The translations under genes and the position numbers were made by a program. 64,000 nt of DNA. Source: an uncultured delta proteobacterium (lineage in GTDB: Bacteria > Desulfobacterota > Zymogenia > Zymogenales > Zymogenaceae). Every line of letters starts with the position of its first letter. The stretch's first letter is position 1. The notes under the pieces are model-generated. The model saw only the letters and a list, made by a program, of their open reading frames with translations. It searched no databases and was not told the origin of the DNA. This document shows positions 49,670 through 60,021 of the stretch, piece by piece. The stretch lies in NCBI GenBank assembly GCA_963848155.1, contig CAWKCL010000007.1, positions 9,363 through 73,362 on the forward strand. The letters run 5' to 3'.

Positions 49670-51560
49670 GGAGCCGTGCGGGCTTGGCGGAGACCATGCC
49701 GAGGGCGGCATCGACGATTCCGCGGGCCGAAAGATCGTAGGTGTCCCGCAGGATTTCCTGCGGCCCGTGTTCGACGAACCGGTCGGGAATGCCCAGCGAT
49801 CTGACCGTTATACCCTGGGTAAACGACCGCGCTATCTCCTCGATGACGGCGCCGCCGAATCCGCCGGAGAGGATTCCCTCCTCGACGGTCAGGACCGCGC
49901 CCGTTTCGGCGGCGTAGTGCAGTATGGTCTGGATATCCAGAGGCTTGACGAACCGCGCGTTAATGAGGGTGGATTCGATCCCCATGCTGCTGAGCTGCTC
50001 GGAGGCTTCGACTGCGGGCATCACCATCGAGCCGAGGGCTACGATGGTGATATCGCCGCCCTCGCGCAGTACCTCGGCCCGTCCAAACGGAAGCGGCTTT
50101 GGATTGGCGTCGAGCTTTACGCCTGCGCCCCGTCCCCGCGGGTAGCGGATTGCGGTCGGAAGCCGCAGATCAACGGCGGTGACCAGCATACGGGCGAGCT
50201 CGTTTTCGTCTTTAGGGGCCATAAGCACGAGATTGGGGACGCAGCGGAGATACGCGATATCGAAGATGCCGTGGTGGGTGGGCCCATCCTCCCCGACGAT
50301 TCCTCCCCGGTCGATCGCGATGATCACCGGGAGGTTTTGGAGCGAGACGTCATGGAGCACCTGGTCGTAGGCGCGCTGGAGGAATGTTGAATAGATGGCG
50401 ATAACCGGCGTAAATCCCTGTGTCGCCAGCCCCGCCGCAAACGTAACGGCGTGCTGCTCGGCTATCCCCACATCATAAAAGCGGTCGGGATATCGCTCTG
50501 CAAACGCCGCGAGCCCGGTTCCCTCGGACATGGCGGCCGTGATAGCCACGATCTTGTCGTTTTTCGTCGCCAGCTTGAGGAGGGATTTACTGAAGACCTG
50601 CGTATACGTTGGGATAGACGAGCCGGAGCTGACGGGTTTCCCGGTGGAAACGTCAAACGGACCGATACCGTGAAACCGCGTCGGGTTCTTTTCGGCTGGC
50701 TTGTACCCCTTTCCCTTTGTCGTGAGGACATGGACGATGATCGGTGAGTTGATGTCCTTGATGTTATTAAACGTCTCCACCAACTGATCGATCCGGTGGC
50801 CGTCTATGGGCCCGAAATACTGGAAGTTCATGGCTTCAAACAGCATGCCGGGGGTGAAGAATCCCTTGAGGGCGTCCTCGGCCCGCTTTGCCACCTTGAC
50901 CATCTCTTCACCGATCCTCGGGAACGACCGCAGGAAGATCTCGATCTCCTTTTTCATCCGCAGGATACTCTTGGTTGAGAGCTTGCGGGACAAAAAGGAT
51001 GACAGGGCGCCGACGTTGGGGTCAATAGACATCTCGTTGTCGTTGAGGACGACAATGATGTTCTTCTGAAGGTGCCCGGCCTGGTTGAGGGCCTCAAATG
51101 CCTGACCGCCGGTCATGGAACCGTCGCCGATGACAGCGATCACCTTTCCACATTCCCCCAACAGGCATCGCGCGGTGGATATCCCGAGGGCCGCGGAGAT
51201 TGACGTAGAGCTGTGGCCCGTGCCGAAGTTGTCGTAGGGGTTTTCCTCGATCTTCGGGAACCCGGAGATACCGCCAAGTTTCCTGATAGTCTGGAAGGTG
51301 TCCTTGCGGCCGGTGAGTATCTTGTGCGAATAGGCCTGATGGCCGACGTCCCAAACGATCTGATCGACCCCGGGATCAAAGACGAAGTAGAGCGCGAGGG
51401 TCAGATCGACGGTGCCCAGGCTCGAGGCGAGATGCCCGCCCGTTTTGGAGATCGTATCGATGATGAGCCGTCTAACCTCTTCGGCAAGCTGCGGGAGCTC
51501 TTCAATGGAAAGCTTCTTGATATCCTGAGGTTGATTGATCTGGTCAAGGAACCGTGTCAT
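49644..51560 (-). CDS. dxs: 1-deoxy-D-xylulose-5-phosphate synthase
   Basis: Intact 638 aa. GGHLASSLGTVDLTLAL, WDVGHQAY, GTGHSSTSISAALG, IGDGSMTGGQAFEALN, GEDGPTHHG. Confidence 0.97.
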   Translation of the reverse strand: MTRFLDQINQPQDIKKLSIEELPQLAEEVRRLIIDTISKTGGHLASSLGTVDLTLALYFVFDPGVDQIVWDVGHQAYSHKILTGRKDTFQTIRKLGGISGFPKIEENPYDNFGTGHSSTSISAALGISTARCLLGECGKVIAVIGDGSMTGGQAFEALNQAGHLQKNIIVVLNDNEMSIDPNVGALSSFLSRKLSTKSILRMKKEIEIFLRSFPRIGEEMVKVAKRAEDALKGFFTPGMLFEAMNFQYFGPIDGHRIDQLVETFNNIKDINSPIIVHVLTTKGKGYKPAEKNPTRFHGIGPFDVSTGKPVSSGSSIPTYTQVFSKSLLKLATKNDKIVAITAAMSEGTGLAAFAERYPDRFYDVGIAEQHAVTFAAGLATQGFTPVIAIYSTFLQRAYDQVLHDVSLQNLPVIIAIDRGGIVGEDGPTHHGIFDIAYLRCVPNLVLMAPKDENELARMLVTAVDLRLPTAIRYPRGRGAGVKLDANPKPLPFGRAEVLREGGDITIVALGSMVMPAVEASEQLSSMGIESTLINARFVKPLDIQTILHYAAETGAVLTVEEGILSGGFGGAVIEEIARSFTQGITVRSLGIPDRFVEHGPQEILRDTYDLSARGIVDAALGMVSAKPARLHENAELKR

Positions 51561-51565
51561 GGTGT

Positions 51566-52470
51566 CTAAGCCTGTCGTTCAATAACCAGGCGTGCGATCG
51601 CCTGGAGCGGCCGGGCGTTGTCTCCGAAATCGGTAAGCGAGGAAAGGGCCCGATCGACCAGCTCCCTGGCCCGCTCTTTTGATTCGGCCAACCCCAGGAG
51701 CGCCGGATACGTCGCCTTACCCCGGACGTGATCCTTTCCGGTCTCTTTTCCCATATTCTGCTTTGTCCCGGTCACGTCAAGGATATCGTCGGTGATCTGA
51801 AATGCGAGCCCCAGATGCTTGGCGTAATCGGTCAGCAATTTTACCTGGTGTTCGGTGCCGCCGCCGAGAATGGCCCCCGCCCTTACCGACGCTACGATCA
51901 GGGCGCCGGTCTTACGGATGTGAATAAACTCGAGGGATGGCAAATCCACTTCTTTCCCTTCCGATTCGAGATCGGCCTGCTGTCCGCCGACCATCCCCCT
52001 GTCGCCGGAGGCCTCGGCGATTTCGTGGATTACCCCGAGTAGCCGGGTACCGTCGGCGGAAAAGCGGGACGCGTCCGAGAGGATTGAGAAAGCGGTGGTC
52101 AACAGGCAGTCGCCTGTCAGGATCGCGGCCGCCTCTCCGAATACCTTATGGCTGGTGGGGACGCCCCGCCTGAAATCGTCGTCATCCATCGCCGGCAGGT
52201 CGTCATGAATGAGGGAGTACGTATGGATACATTCTATGGCCGCGCCGGCCGTTATCGGCGTCATCCACGTTTCCACCCACGGCCTCGGCCGCGGCTATTG
52301 ACAGGATCGGCCGGATTCGCTTTCCGCCGGCAAAGACGCTGTATCTCGCGGCTTTTTTAAGGGTTGCCGATGCGTCGTCGATTTCGTCGATGATCCTTTG
52401 TAACGCATCGTCGACGAGCGCGCTTCTCGTGGCCAGGTAGTCGGAGAGGTTAAAGATACTCCCTCCTCAT
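51566..52470 (-). pseudogene. ispA: (2E,6E)-farnesyl diphosphate synthase, one frameshift and unclear start
   Basis: FARM IECIHTYSLIHDDLPAMDDDDFRRG and SARM FQITDDILD are in the 51566-52276 frame. The N-terminal part (SDYLATRSALVDDAL...GGKRIRPILSIAAAEAVGG) is in another frame. Break about 52255-52260. No clean start codon in frame with the N-terminal part (ATG 52468-52470 is out of frame). Confidence 0.85.
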
Positions 52471-52565
52471 CGTAGCGGTGCGGTAATCATGCGCCGGTCC
52501 TTATTTTTTCAGGCTTGGCCGGGATCATGTCGGTACACGGTTACCCGTCAGGATTGACCTCTCGG

Positions 52566-52811
52566 CTACTTGGGATCAAAGTCGCTGATAACGACCGATC
52601 CGTCCTCGGCCTGGGTTAGTGTTTCCACCTTCTTTTCGGCCTCATCCAATTTCCCGGTCAAAAGGCCTACCAGGGCGATTCCCTCCTCAAATATCTTAAG
52701 GGACTCCTCAAGAGACAGCTCGCCCGTGTCCAGCCGCTGTACGATTCCCTCAAGCTTTTTGAGCCCGGAATCAAAATCCAAATCTTCGATGACGCCGCCG
52801 ATGTCGCCCAT
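52566..52811 (-). CDS. xseB: exodeoxyribonuclease VII small subunit
   Basis: 81 aa. FDSGLKKLEGIVQRLDTGELSLEESLKIFEEGIAL matches the XseB helical hairpin pattern. Confidence 0.88.
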   Translation of the reverse strand: MGDIGGVIEDLDFDSGLKKLEGIVQRLDTGELSLEESLKIFEEGIALVGLLTGKLDEAEKKVETLTQAEDGSVVISDFDPK

Positions 52812-52898
52812 TATTCCCGGTACTTACCCTCATTATCTATTCATATCTTATTTTTATAATACTATTACTTCACCCATATAAAGTCAAGTAAAAGGCGT

Positions 52899-53783
52899 TC
52901 AGTCGACCCGTTTGCCCATGAGCTCGGCCGGGTTGACCCTGTTGTGATTGAGCCGCGCGCCGAAGTGGAGATGCGCCCCGGTGACTCGGCCGGTTGCGCC
53001 GACAAGGGCGACTATCTGCCCCCGCTTCACCGACTCCCCCCCGGTGACCAGGACATCGGAGAGGTGGAAATACATCGTGTAGAGGCCCTGGCCGTGATCG
53101 ATGAAGAGGGACAAGCCTGAATAGAACATGTCCATTACCAGGGCAACCTTACCGTCATTTGCGGCAGCCACCGGCGTTCCGGTCCAGGCCGAGAAGTCGA
53201 TGCCGGTGTGCGACCACGACGGTTCACCATTGACGTAGCGCGCCAGACCGAAAGCCCCGGTAACTTCACCGACGAGCGGCATCATGAAGGGCTCGGACCA
53301 GAGCCTGCGGGGCGATTCGGTGGCGTATAGCGCCGCGGCGATCTCGATCTCGTGCTGGATGCGTGAGTTTGTCGCCTCGTCGAACGAGTCCGGCTCCCAC
53401 TTTTTGTCCAACGTCAGGCGCTGGACAAAGAATTCACCCTTGACTACCGTGATGCTCCGGGTCATCGTCTCGGTCGCGCCGTTGTTCCTCTTGAGGGTTA
53501 GGGCGAGGGTCTTGACCTCGGGGGACGCAGCCAGGTCGATCCCCAGGAGCCCCACGAACGTCCCGGGGATGTCGGTTGGATTGAAGTAGACGGTACGCCG
53601 GGTAAAGAGGCCTTTTGCCGAGACCACCGTATCGTCCCCGGAAAGGATCACTATATAGACTCCGCCCTGGTAAACCCTGTCGGGAACATTAATGTTTACA
53701 GCCGCCGCCGGGGCGGCCCAGACAAGGAAGACAAAGAGGATCAACGCCGCCGAGACGAGATGGTCGGTGTTACGAGGTTTCAT
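52899..53783 (-). CDS. M23-family metallopeptidase
   Basis: Signal/TM N-terminus. HTGIDF, VAAANDGKV, IDHGQGLYTMYFHLS, GATGRVTGAHLHF. Confidence 0.85.
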   Translation of the reverse strand: MKPRNTDHLVSAALILFVFLVWAAPAAAVNINVPDRVYQGGVYIVILSGDDTVVSAKGLFTRRTVYFNPTDIPGTFVGLLGIDLAASPEVKTLALTLKRNNGATETMTRSITVVKGEFFVQRLTLDKKWEPDSFDEATNSRIQHEIEIAAALYATESPRRLWSEPFMMPLVGEVTGAFGLARYVNGEPSWSHTGIDFSAWTGTPVAAANDGKVALVMDMFYSGLSLFIDHGQGLYTMYFHLSDVLVTGGESVKRGQIVALVGATGRVTGAHLHFGARLNHNRVNPAELMGKRVD

Positions 53784-55071
53784 CGGTCTTTTTCCCTGTG
53801 ATATCTGCGAAGAGAATTCCTTCGTGAAGCCTGATCCGCGCGGTAGCCCCGACGTCGATGTCCGAGGCTTTGCGGATGATTTTACCGTCGTCGGCCCGCT
53901 CGGTGATGGAATAGCCGCGGGACAATACCGCCTCGGGCGAGAGCCTCATGAGGGCATGGGAGAGCGACGCCAGAGCCGATTTTCTCTCGTACACGCGGGA
54001 CGCGGCCGTCGATTTCAATCGGGAAACGGCCATCGCGAATCGCAGGGCAAAGCGGTCGATGTCCTGCTTCGGGCTCCTGACCCGCGCGGCCAGGGCCGCC
54101 AACCGCTCGCGGTGCCGCGCGACCCGGTATGTAATCTGGGCGGCCATGCGCTGCTGGATGCCGTCCAAAGTCATATACAGGTCGTCAAGCCGCGGGGTGA
54201 CAAGCTCGGCGGCGGCGGTGGGGGTGGGCGCGCGTACATCGGCGACCAGATCGGCGACGGTAAAATCGATCTCATGGCCGACGGCCGAAATCACCGGGAC
54301 CTCACAGGCAAAGACGGCGTCCGCGACCGCCTCGGTATTGAACGCCCAGAGATCTTCAAGCGAGCCGCCCCCCCGTCCCACGATGACGACGTCGGCAAGC
54401 CGCATCCGGCCGACGATCTCTATGGCACGGGCGATTTCATATTCTGCGCCTTCTCCCTGCACCCTGACCGGGACGATGAGGACGCGGCTCCTGGGCATCC
54501 TCGTATAGATTACCTTGAGGATATCAAAAAGGGCGGCGCCGGTGGGGGAGGTCACGACGGCAATCCGGGCCGGCAGAAAGGGGAGCGTACGTTTGCGCTC
54601 GGCGGCAAAATAGCCCTTTTCGGATAGACGCTTTTTGAGTTGTTCCAGGGCCAGCATCATCGCCCCGATACCGACCGGCTCGATGTGATCGGCGATCAGC
54701 TGGTATTCTCCGCGGGCGGCGTATACACCGACGCGCCCCATAACGAGGACGTGCTGTCCGTCGGCGGGACGCCACGACGGCTCAGTTGAGGGGCGGTCGA
54801 TTTCGGAAAAGAGGGAATCGGCCGGCCTGCCGACCGATCGGGCGGGAATACCGGAAAACCCGAGGGAGCGGGCCTGGTTCTTGAAAAGCACCACGCGGAT
54901 CTGGGCCGTGTCGTCCTTCAGGGTAAAATAGACGTGGCCGGATGAAGGCGTGGCCAGTCCCGATATCTCTCCCTGGACCCAGACGGCGGGAAACGCCTCG
55001 TCAAGCAGCTCGGTAATCAGGCCTGTCAGCTCGCCGACGGTCAGAATCCTGCGGATAGTAAAATCGTCCAT
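53770..55071 (-). CDS. xseA: exodeoxyribonuclease VII large subunit
   Basis: VWVQGEISGL...SGHVYFTLKD (OB fold), IAVVTSPTGAA, VGRGGGSLEDLWAFN, ISAVGHEIDFT. Confidence 0.92.
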   Translation of the reverse strand: MDDFTIRRILTVGELTGLITELLDEAFPAVWVQGEISGLATPSSGHVYFTLKDDTAQIRVVLFKNQARSLGFSGIPARSVGRPADSLFSEIDRPSTEPSWRPADGQHVLVMGRVGVYAARGEYQLIADHIEPVGIGAMMLALEQLKKRLSEKGYFAAERKRTLPFLPARIAVVTSPTGAALFDILKVIYTRMPRSRVLIVPVRVQGEGAEYEIARAIEIVGRMRLADVVIVGRGGGSLEDLWAFNTEAVADAVFACEVPVISAVGHEIDFTVADLVADVRAPTPTAAAELVTPRLDDLYMTLDGIQQRMAAQITYRVARHRERLAALAARVRSPKQDIDRFALRFAMAVSRLKSTAASRVYERKSALASLSHALMRLSPEAVLSRGYSITERADDGKIIRKASDIDVGATARIRLHEGILFADITGKKTDETS

Positions 55072-55161
55072 GGGTGCGGTCCCTTATTGACTTATTGGCC
55101 CGGCGCGTGTATTTTTATACTTTAGTCTAAATCGAAAACAACCTCAACAGGTTTTTTACCG

Positions 55162-56157
55162 ATGCTGGTCTTGGGAATAGATACCTCGTGTGATGACACC
55201 TGCGCCGCCGTCCTCGGGGATGATTTCGAGATACTGAGCTCCATCGTCTCTTCTCAGGATGAGATACACGGCCGGTTCGGCGGCGTGGTGCCGGAGCTGG
55301 CGTCGCGAAAACACGTCGAGAATATCATCCCCATCATTGACCATGCGCTGACCTCGGCCGGTGTAACGTTTTCCGATATCGACCTGATCGCCGTAACCAG
55401 GGGGCCGGGCCTGGTGGGTTCCCTGGTAGTGGGGGTTTCGGCCGCCAAGGCAATTTCCCTGACCCGCTCGATCCCGCTGGTGGGGGTCAACCACCTTGAA
55501 GGCCACATCGCCTCAAGCTTCCTGATACCGGATCGTCCCGGATACCCGTTTGTGGCGCTGGTGGTCTCCGGCGGGCACACAAATCTCTACGTCGTACGCG
55601 GGGAGGGTGAGTATATCCTGAGGGGCCAGACCGTCGACGATGCGGCAGGCGAGGCCTTCGACAAGGTGGCAAAGCTGCTGGGGCTCGGCTATCCGGGAGG
55701 GAAGGCTATCGAATCGGCGGCGGCCGCGGCGCGGGGAACGCCGGTTCACTTTACCCGGCCGTTGTTAAAAAAGGGCCTGTATGACTTCTCGTTCTCGGGC
55801 ATAAAGACGGCGGTGCGCACCGTCGTCGTCGCCGAGGCCCTTCTTGACGACGCGCTTATCGGGAGGATAGCGGCCGGTTTTCAGGAGGCGGTGGTGGACG
55901 TCCTGGTCAAGAAGACCCTCGATCTGGCAAAAAGGGAGTCCATACAGACAATCGTCGTTACCGGCGGCGTGGCGGCCAACTCGCGGTTGAGAGCGGCCAT
56001 GGCCGAGCGCGCCGGCGGCAGCGTGAAAGTAGTGCTCCCCCCGAAGAACCTGTGCACGGACAACGCGGCGATGATCGCCGCGGCTGGAAGAATCAGGGCC
56101 GACGAGGCCGCTCTGGATAACCTCTCCTTGAACGCGGTATCCCGATGGATGATCTAA
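55162..56157 (+). CDS. tsaD: tRNA N6-adenosine threonylcarbamoyltransferase
   Basis: LVLGIDTSCDDT, GGVVPELASRKH, VTRGPGLVGSLVVG, VNHLEGH, VSGGHT, DDAAGEAFDKVAKLLGLGYPGG, VTGGVAANSRLR. Confidence 0.95.
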   Translation: MLVLGIDTSCDDTCAAVLGDDFEILSSIVSSQDEIHGRFGGVVPELASRKHVENIIPIIDHALTSAGVTFSDIDLIAVTRGPGLVGSLVVGVSAAKAISLTRSIPLVGVNHLEGHIASSFLIPDRPGYPFVALVVSGGHTNLYVVRGEGEYILRGQTVDDAAGEAFDKVAKLLGLGYPGGKAIESAAAAARGTPVHFTRPLLKKGLYDFSFSGIKTAVRTVVVAEALLDDALIGRIAAGFQEAVVDVLVKKTLDLAKRESIQTIVVTGGVAANSRLRAAMAERAGGSVKVVLPPKNLCTDNAAMIAAAGRIRADEAALDNLSLNAVSRWMI

Positions 56158-56681
56158 AGCCCACCCCGTCCGATCCAAAACCGAAGCGCGCATCCTTGAG
56201 AAAGCGAATCTACGACGGCCTGCCTTCCCGGGGGACGAGCCTCAGGCAGCAGATACGGACGCTTATCTTCTCGGACGATTCCCAGGGGCAAATCGCGCTC
56301 GGTGCCGCGATCGGGGTTTTCGTGGCGCTTTCGCCCTTCGTTGGGACGCAGACGATAACCGCCCTCGGGCTTTCCCTGGTCTTCGGGGCGAGCCGGCTGG
56401 CGGCGCTTGTCGGGACGCTGCTCAACAATCCCGTAACCATGCCGGTTTTCTATCTTCTGGAGATGAAACTCGGCTCGTATCTCCTCGGCTATCGCCTGGC
56501 CGTGCCCGAGGGGATATGGGATAGTATGACGGAGCTGTTTTCCCTCGGCAGGAAGGCGTTTGTTTCGATCATGGCGGGATTCATGATAATCGGCCTGGTG
56601 TCGTCAATCGCCGCGTATATCCTTACGCTGGGGGCCGTCGGTTACCTGCGAAAAAGGCGGGAGGGGAAACAGGGACAATGA
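56145..56681 (+). CDS. DUF2062-like membrane protein
   Basis: IALGAAIGVFVALSPFVGTQTITALGLSLVFGASRLAALVGTLLNNPVTMPVFY. Overlaps tsaD and rsmA at both ends. Confidence 0.55.
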   Translation: MDDLKPTPSDPKPKRASLRKRIYDGLPSRGTSLRQQIRTLIFSDDSQGQIALGAAIGVFVALSPFVGTQTITALGLSLVFGASRLAALVGTLLNNPVTMPVFYLLEMKLGSYLLGYRLAVPEGIWDSMTELFSLGRKAFVSIMAGFMIIGLVSSIAAYILTLGAVGYLRKRREGKQGQ

Positions 56682-57538
56682 CCTCCCTCAGGGATACCCT
56701 CCAACGGTCGGGGATATTCCCCTACAAGGGACGGGGGCAGCACTTTCTGGTAAACGCCGCAGTAGCCCAAAAGATCGTTGCGCTCGCCGGGCTTACCCCC
56801 GACGATGTAGTCGTGGAGATCGGGCCGGGGACCGGGGCGCTGACGGCCGATCTCGTGCGGCAGGCCGGCCGGACCATCGCTATCGAGTCCGACAGGAAGC
56901 TTGCGTCCCTTATCAGGGAGACGATCGATTCGGACCGCCTCGAGGTGGTCTTTGGTGACGCCCTTCGGTACGACTATTGCGCGCTCGGCCTATCAATCGG
57001 TGAACGGTTTACGGTCGTGGCAAATCTCCCCTACAATATCTCGACCCCCCTAATATTTCGATTGCTGGACGCCCATCAGGTTGTCAAGAGGATCGTCCTG
57101 ATGCTTCAGAAAGAGGTAGCCCTTCGGCTGACGGCCCCGCCCGGCACGAAGGAGTATGGCGCGCTAACGATCACGGCATCGCTGTATTCCGATATTTCAA
57201 TCGCACTTACCGTCGGGAGGGGCAACTTCCATCCGAGGCCAAAGGTCGACTCGGCCGTCGTGGTCTTTGAGATTCGCACGGACCCGCGGGTCGACGTGGG
57301 GGACACCGGTATATTTCCGCAGGTCGTCAGGGCGGCCTTCACCAACCGGAGGAAGACCCTCAGGAACGCCCTCAAGGCGCTTCTCGGCCCTGGCGCTTCC
57401 GAAGGGCTGGGGGTGATTGAGCGGCAGACGGGGATAGACCTGGGACGGAGGGGTGAGACCTGCTCGGTTGAGGAATTCGGTGCCTTGGCCCGGGCGGTTT
57501 CGTCTATAGTTCATGGTCACGTTCAAAGCGAGCGTTAG
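56678..57538 (+). CDS. rsmA: 16S rRNA (adenine1518/1519-N6)-dimethyltransferase
   Basis: GQHFLVN, VVEIGPGTGALT, VVANLPYNISTP, FHPRPKVDS. Confidence 0.93.
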   Translation: MTSLRDTLQRSGIFPYKGRGQHFLVNAAVAQKIVALAGLTPDDVVVEIGPGTGALTADLVRQAGRTIAIESDRKLASLIRETIDSDRLEVVFGDALRYDYCALGLSIGERFTVVANLPYNISTPLIFRLLDAHQVVKRIVLMLQKEVALRLTAPPGTKEYGALTITASLYSDISIALTVGRGNFHPRPKVDSAVVVFEIRTDPRVDVGDTGIFPQVVRAAFTNRRKTLRNALKALLGPGASEGLGVIERQTGIDLGRRGETCSVEEFGALARAVSSIVHGHVQSER

Positions 57539-57559
57539 GACGGGCCGAGACGGGCGGAA

Positions 57560-58186
57560 TCAGATCTCTTTTCTAAGAATGATCACTTCCGTCGCCGGCC
57601 CGACAAGGCCCTTGAAGTCGGCGGCGTCCTTCTCGGTGCCGACGATCTCCCCCCAGTGCATGGGGACGGCCCGTGAAAGCTTCATGGCGTTGACGGCTTC
57701 AGCCGCTTCGCGGCTCTCCATGGTGTAGGTCCCGCCGACCGGGACGAAGCCGACATCGGCCGTCAGGCCCTTCATCTCCGGGATGAAGTCGGTATCGCCG
57801 GCGTGGTAGAGGCGCACCCCGTCGATGGTAAGGATATACCCCAGCCAATTATTTGCCTTCGGGTGGTACGATTTCGTGAGATTATACGCGGGGACTGCCT
57901 CAATCGTCATCCCCATAAGCCGGGCGGAATCACCGGGGCGCATCGTTACTACGGAGGCGGGATAGTCGGGTCTGGCGTCCGACGAGATAACGAGCGTCGT
58001 CTTTTCCCCGGCGATCTTGGCGATGTCTTCGGGAGAGAAATGATCCGAATGGGTGTGAGAGACCAGGATGAGGTCGGCTTTCCGTACACGGGTAACGCGG
58101 TAGGGATCAAAGCAGACCGTTCGTGAGCCGTACACGGCAAAAGAGGAATGCCCGAGCCAATGTATCTTTTCCATGATATCGGCCAT
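57560..58186 (-). CDS. MBL-fold metal-dependent hydrolase (UPF0173/COG2220-like)
   Basis: IHWLGHSSFAV, LILVSHTHSDHF, LYHAGDT, MHWG. Confidence 0.75.
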   Translation of the reverse strand: MADIMEKIHWLGHSSFAVYGSRTVCFDPYRVTRVRKADLILVSHTHSDHFSPEDIAKIAGEKTTLVISSDARPDYPASVVTMRPGDSARLMGMTIEAVPAYNLTKSYHPKANNWLGYILTIDGVRLYHAGDTDFIPEMKGLTADVGFVPVGGTYTMESREAAEAVNAMKLSRAVPMHWGEIVGTEKDAADFKGLVGPATEVIILRKEI

Positions 58187-58525
58187 ATCACTGTTCCTCC
58201 TTTTTTAACTATACCGCGGCGGGAGTATGGTGTCAAGTACGCCCGATGCGGAGCATACGGGAATGACCGCGGCGGACGCACGGATTACGTGGCCGCGGAG
58301 TGGCATCGGGAAGGGGCGTAGTTGAGAAATCAGAAGAAATTCATCGTGATTACGGTATGTTGCGCGATTAAGCCCCGCCGGGAGGAAATAATAAAAGCTT
58401 GACAGTTTATGGCGATTATGATACTTTTTTCCATGTAATTATTACTTATGCAGGCACCTCCTACGGTTTTTATGGGTTAGCCTGGGCGAACGAATCAAAT
58501 CCCGACGGTAGAGGGGCGATCCCCG

Positions 58526-59002
58526 GTGATTGGACGTGATCAAGGGCGAGAGGGCGAACAGAGCCTTATTACGGTCTTCTCGGTCGGGGAAATCAGGTTT
58601 GCGATCAACGTCGAGAACCTGTCGGAGATAATCCAGTTTACTGATATCATAATAGGCTCGGACAAGGGATGCGTGCTGGGAACGGTGGACCTGAGGGGTG
58701 TCAAGATACCCATCCTTGACATGGAAAAGTACTTTGGAGTAGAGGCGTCGCAGGATAGCCGTAGCCTCCGAAGTATGATCATACTCAAAAAGAACGTGGG
58801 CGACGGGCCCGGTATGATGGGTATGATCGTCGATCGTATCGAGGGTGTACACCGGGAGAACGAATTGACCTTTTACTCGTTTCCCGAGATCGCGCAGAAC
58901 AGTGATACTGCGGTGTATCAGGGCACGCTCTTGTTGGGACAGGATCTTATCCTGTTCTTGAATACGCCGCGGTTAATGGAGAGGGCGTGGGCCGCCCGCT
59001 GA
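58526..59002 (+). CDS. cheW: CheW-like coupling protein
   Basis: LITVFSVGEIRFAINVENLSEIIQF, LGTVDLRGVKIPILDM, GMIVDRIEGV, LILFLN. GTG start. Confidence 0.7.
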   Translation: MIGRDQGREGEQSLITVFSVGEIRFAINVENLSEIIQFTDIIIGSDKGCVLGTVDLRGVKIPILDMEKYFGVEASQDSRSLRSMIILKKNVGDGPGMMGMIVDRIEGVHRENELTFYSFPEIAQNSDTAVYQGTLLLGQDLILFLNTPRLMERAWAAR

Positions 59003-59517
59003 TGCTCTCTGATGAAGCGGCTGGGCATCGAATTCCCCCGCAGCCGATGACAACGAGGTACCTATTTTATTTCTCGCTCAGGATAGGACTCCAAAACGGC
59101 GTGATTGAACGACAATACTTCCTCTTCGCCCTTGAGAAAAGGACGTTCGGTGTTCCCATCGCGGACGTTGTTAAGGTTGTTTCTATCGAGAGGATTTATC
59201 GGATACCGTTGCTGTCCGCTTTCTTCTGGGGATTTATCATACATGAAAAAAGGCCGGTTCCGTACCTGAACCTGAAAAAGCGGATGAGCATGGCCGGCCG
59301 GGCCGACAACGAAATCGGTGTCATTGTGCGGGTCGGCTCCGAACCCATAGCGTTTTCAATAGACGGCAGCTACGAAGTCGTGGAGCTTGAGCGGGAACCG
59401 GAACCGATTCCGATGGAGTTTAAAGGGGTAATGAAGAACTTTTTCAGTGCCCGAGGCACTCATAATAACCGGAATTTCATCATACTCAATATTCGCGCAC
59501 TGGCCCCCGCATCATAG
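59002..59517 (+). CDS. second, more divergent CheW-like domain protein
   Basis: YFLFALEKRTFGVPIADVVKVVSI, GFIIHEKRPVPYLNLKK, IGVIVRVGSEPIAFSIDG, FIILNIRAL. ATG 59002 shares one base with the upstream TGA (TGATG). ATG 59047 is an alternative. Confidence 0.55.
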   Translation: MLSDEAAGHRIPPQPMTTRYLFYFSLRIGLQNGVIERQYFLFALEKRTFGVPIADVVKVVSIERIYRIPLLSAFFWGFIIHEKRPVPYLNLKKRMSMAGRADNEIGVIVRVGSEPIAFSIDGSYEVVELEREPEPIPMEFKGVMKNFFSARGTHNNRNFIILNIRALAPAS

Positions 59518-59541
59518 ATAACCTTTATACGGTTAAATGCC

Positions 59542-60021
59542 ATGCCAAAAAAGATCCTGCTTGCCGATGACAGCGTAACAATCCAGAAGGTCGTGAGTAT
59601 TACCCTTGCCCATGAAGATTTCGATCTCACGATCGTCGATAACGGTTCGAAGGCCGTCTCCAAGGCCAAAGAAATCAAACCCGATGTAATCCTGCTGGAT
59701 GTCGTTATGCCGGACAAAGACGGCTATCAGGTCTGCCAGGAGATCAAGGGAAACGCCGATCTCAAGAATACCCCGGTTATCCTTTTGACGGGCACATTTG
59801 AGCCCTTCGACGCGGACAGGGCCGCAGAGGTCGGCGCGGACGACTTTATCAAGAAACCGTTTGAATCTCATACCCTGATCAACAAGGTAAAGGAAATGGC
59901 GTCCCGTTCCGGTGTATCCCGCGGAAAACCGGTCGATATCAGCGGGGTCGATATCGATTTCGAGACTCCGATCGAGGCCGAATACGAGACAGCGCCGGCA
60001 GCAAAAGAGACGGCCCCGTGA
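59542..60021 (+). CDS. CheY-like response regulator receiver domain (as encoded, stops at 60021; probably continues into the acidic region)
   Basis: KILLADDSVTIQK, VILLDVVMPDKDGYQVC (acceptor Asp), VILLTGTFEPFD, DFIKKPFES. Confidence 0.8.
   Translation: MPKKILLADDSVTIQKVVSITLAHEDFDLTIVDNGSKAVSKAKEIKPDVILLDVVMPDKDGYQVCQEIKGNADLKNTPVILLTGTFEPFDADRAAEVGADDFIKKPFESHTLINKVKEMASRSGVSRGKPVDISGVDIDFETPIEAEYETAPAAKETAP

Noticed and set aside
54780-54870. About 25-aa longer loop in the XseA OB-fold region (…LGFSGIPARSVGRPADSLFSEIDRPSTEPSWRPADGQHV…), possibly a pair of compensating indels
   Set aside because: The frame is continuous, and I cannot show by eye that an alternative frame gives a better match. 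This is left unresolved rather than called.
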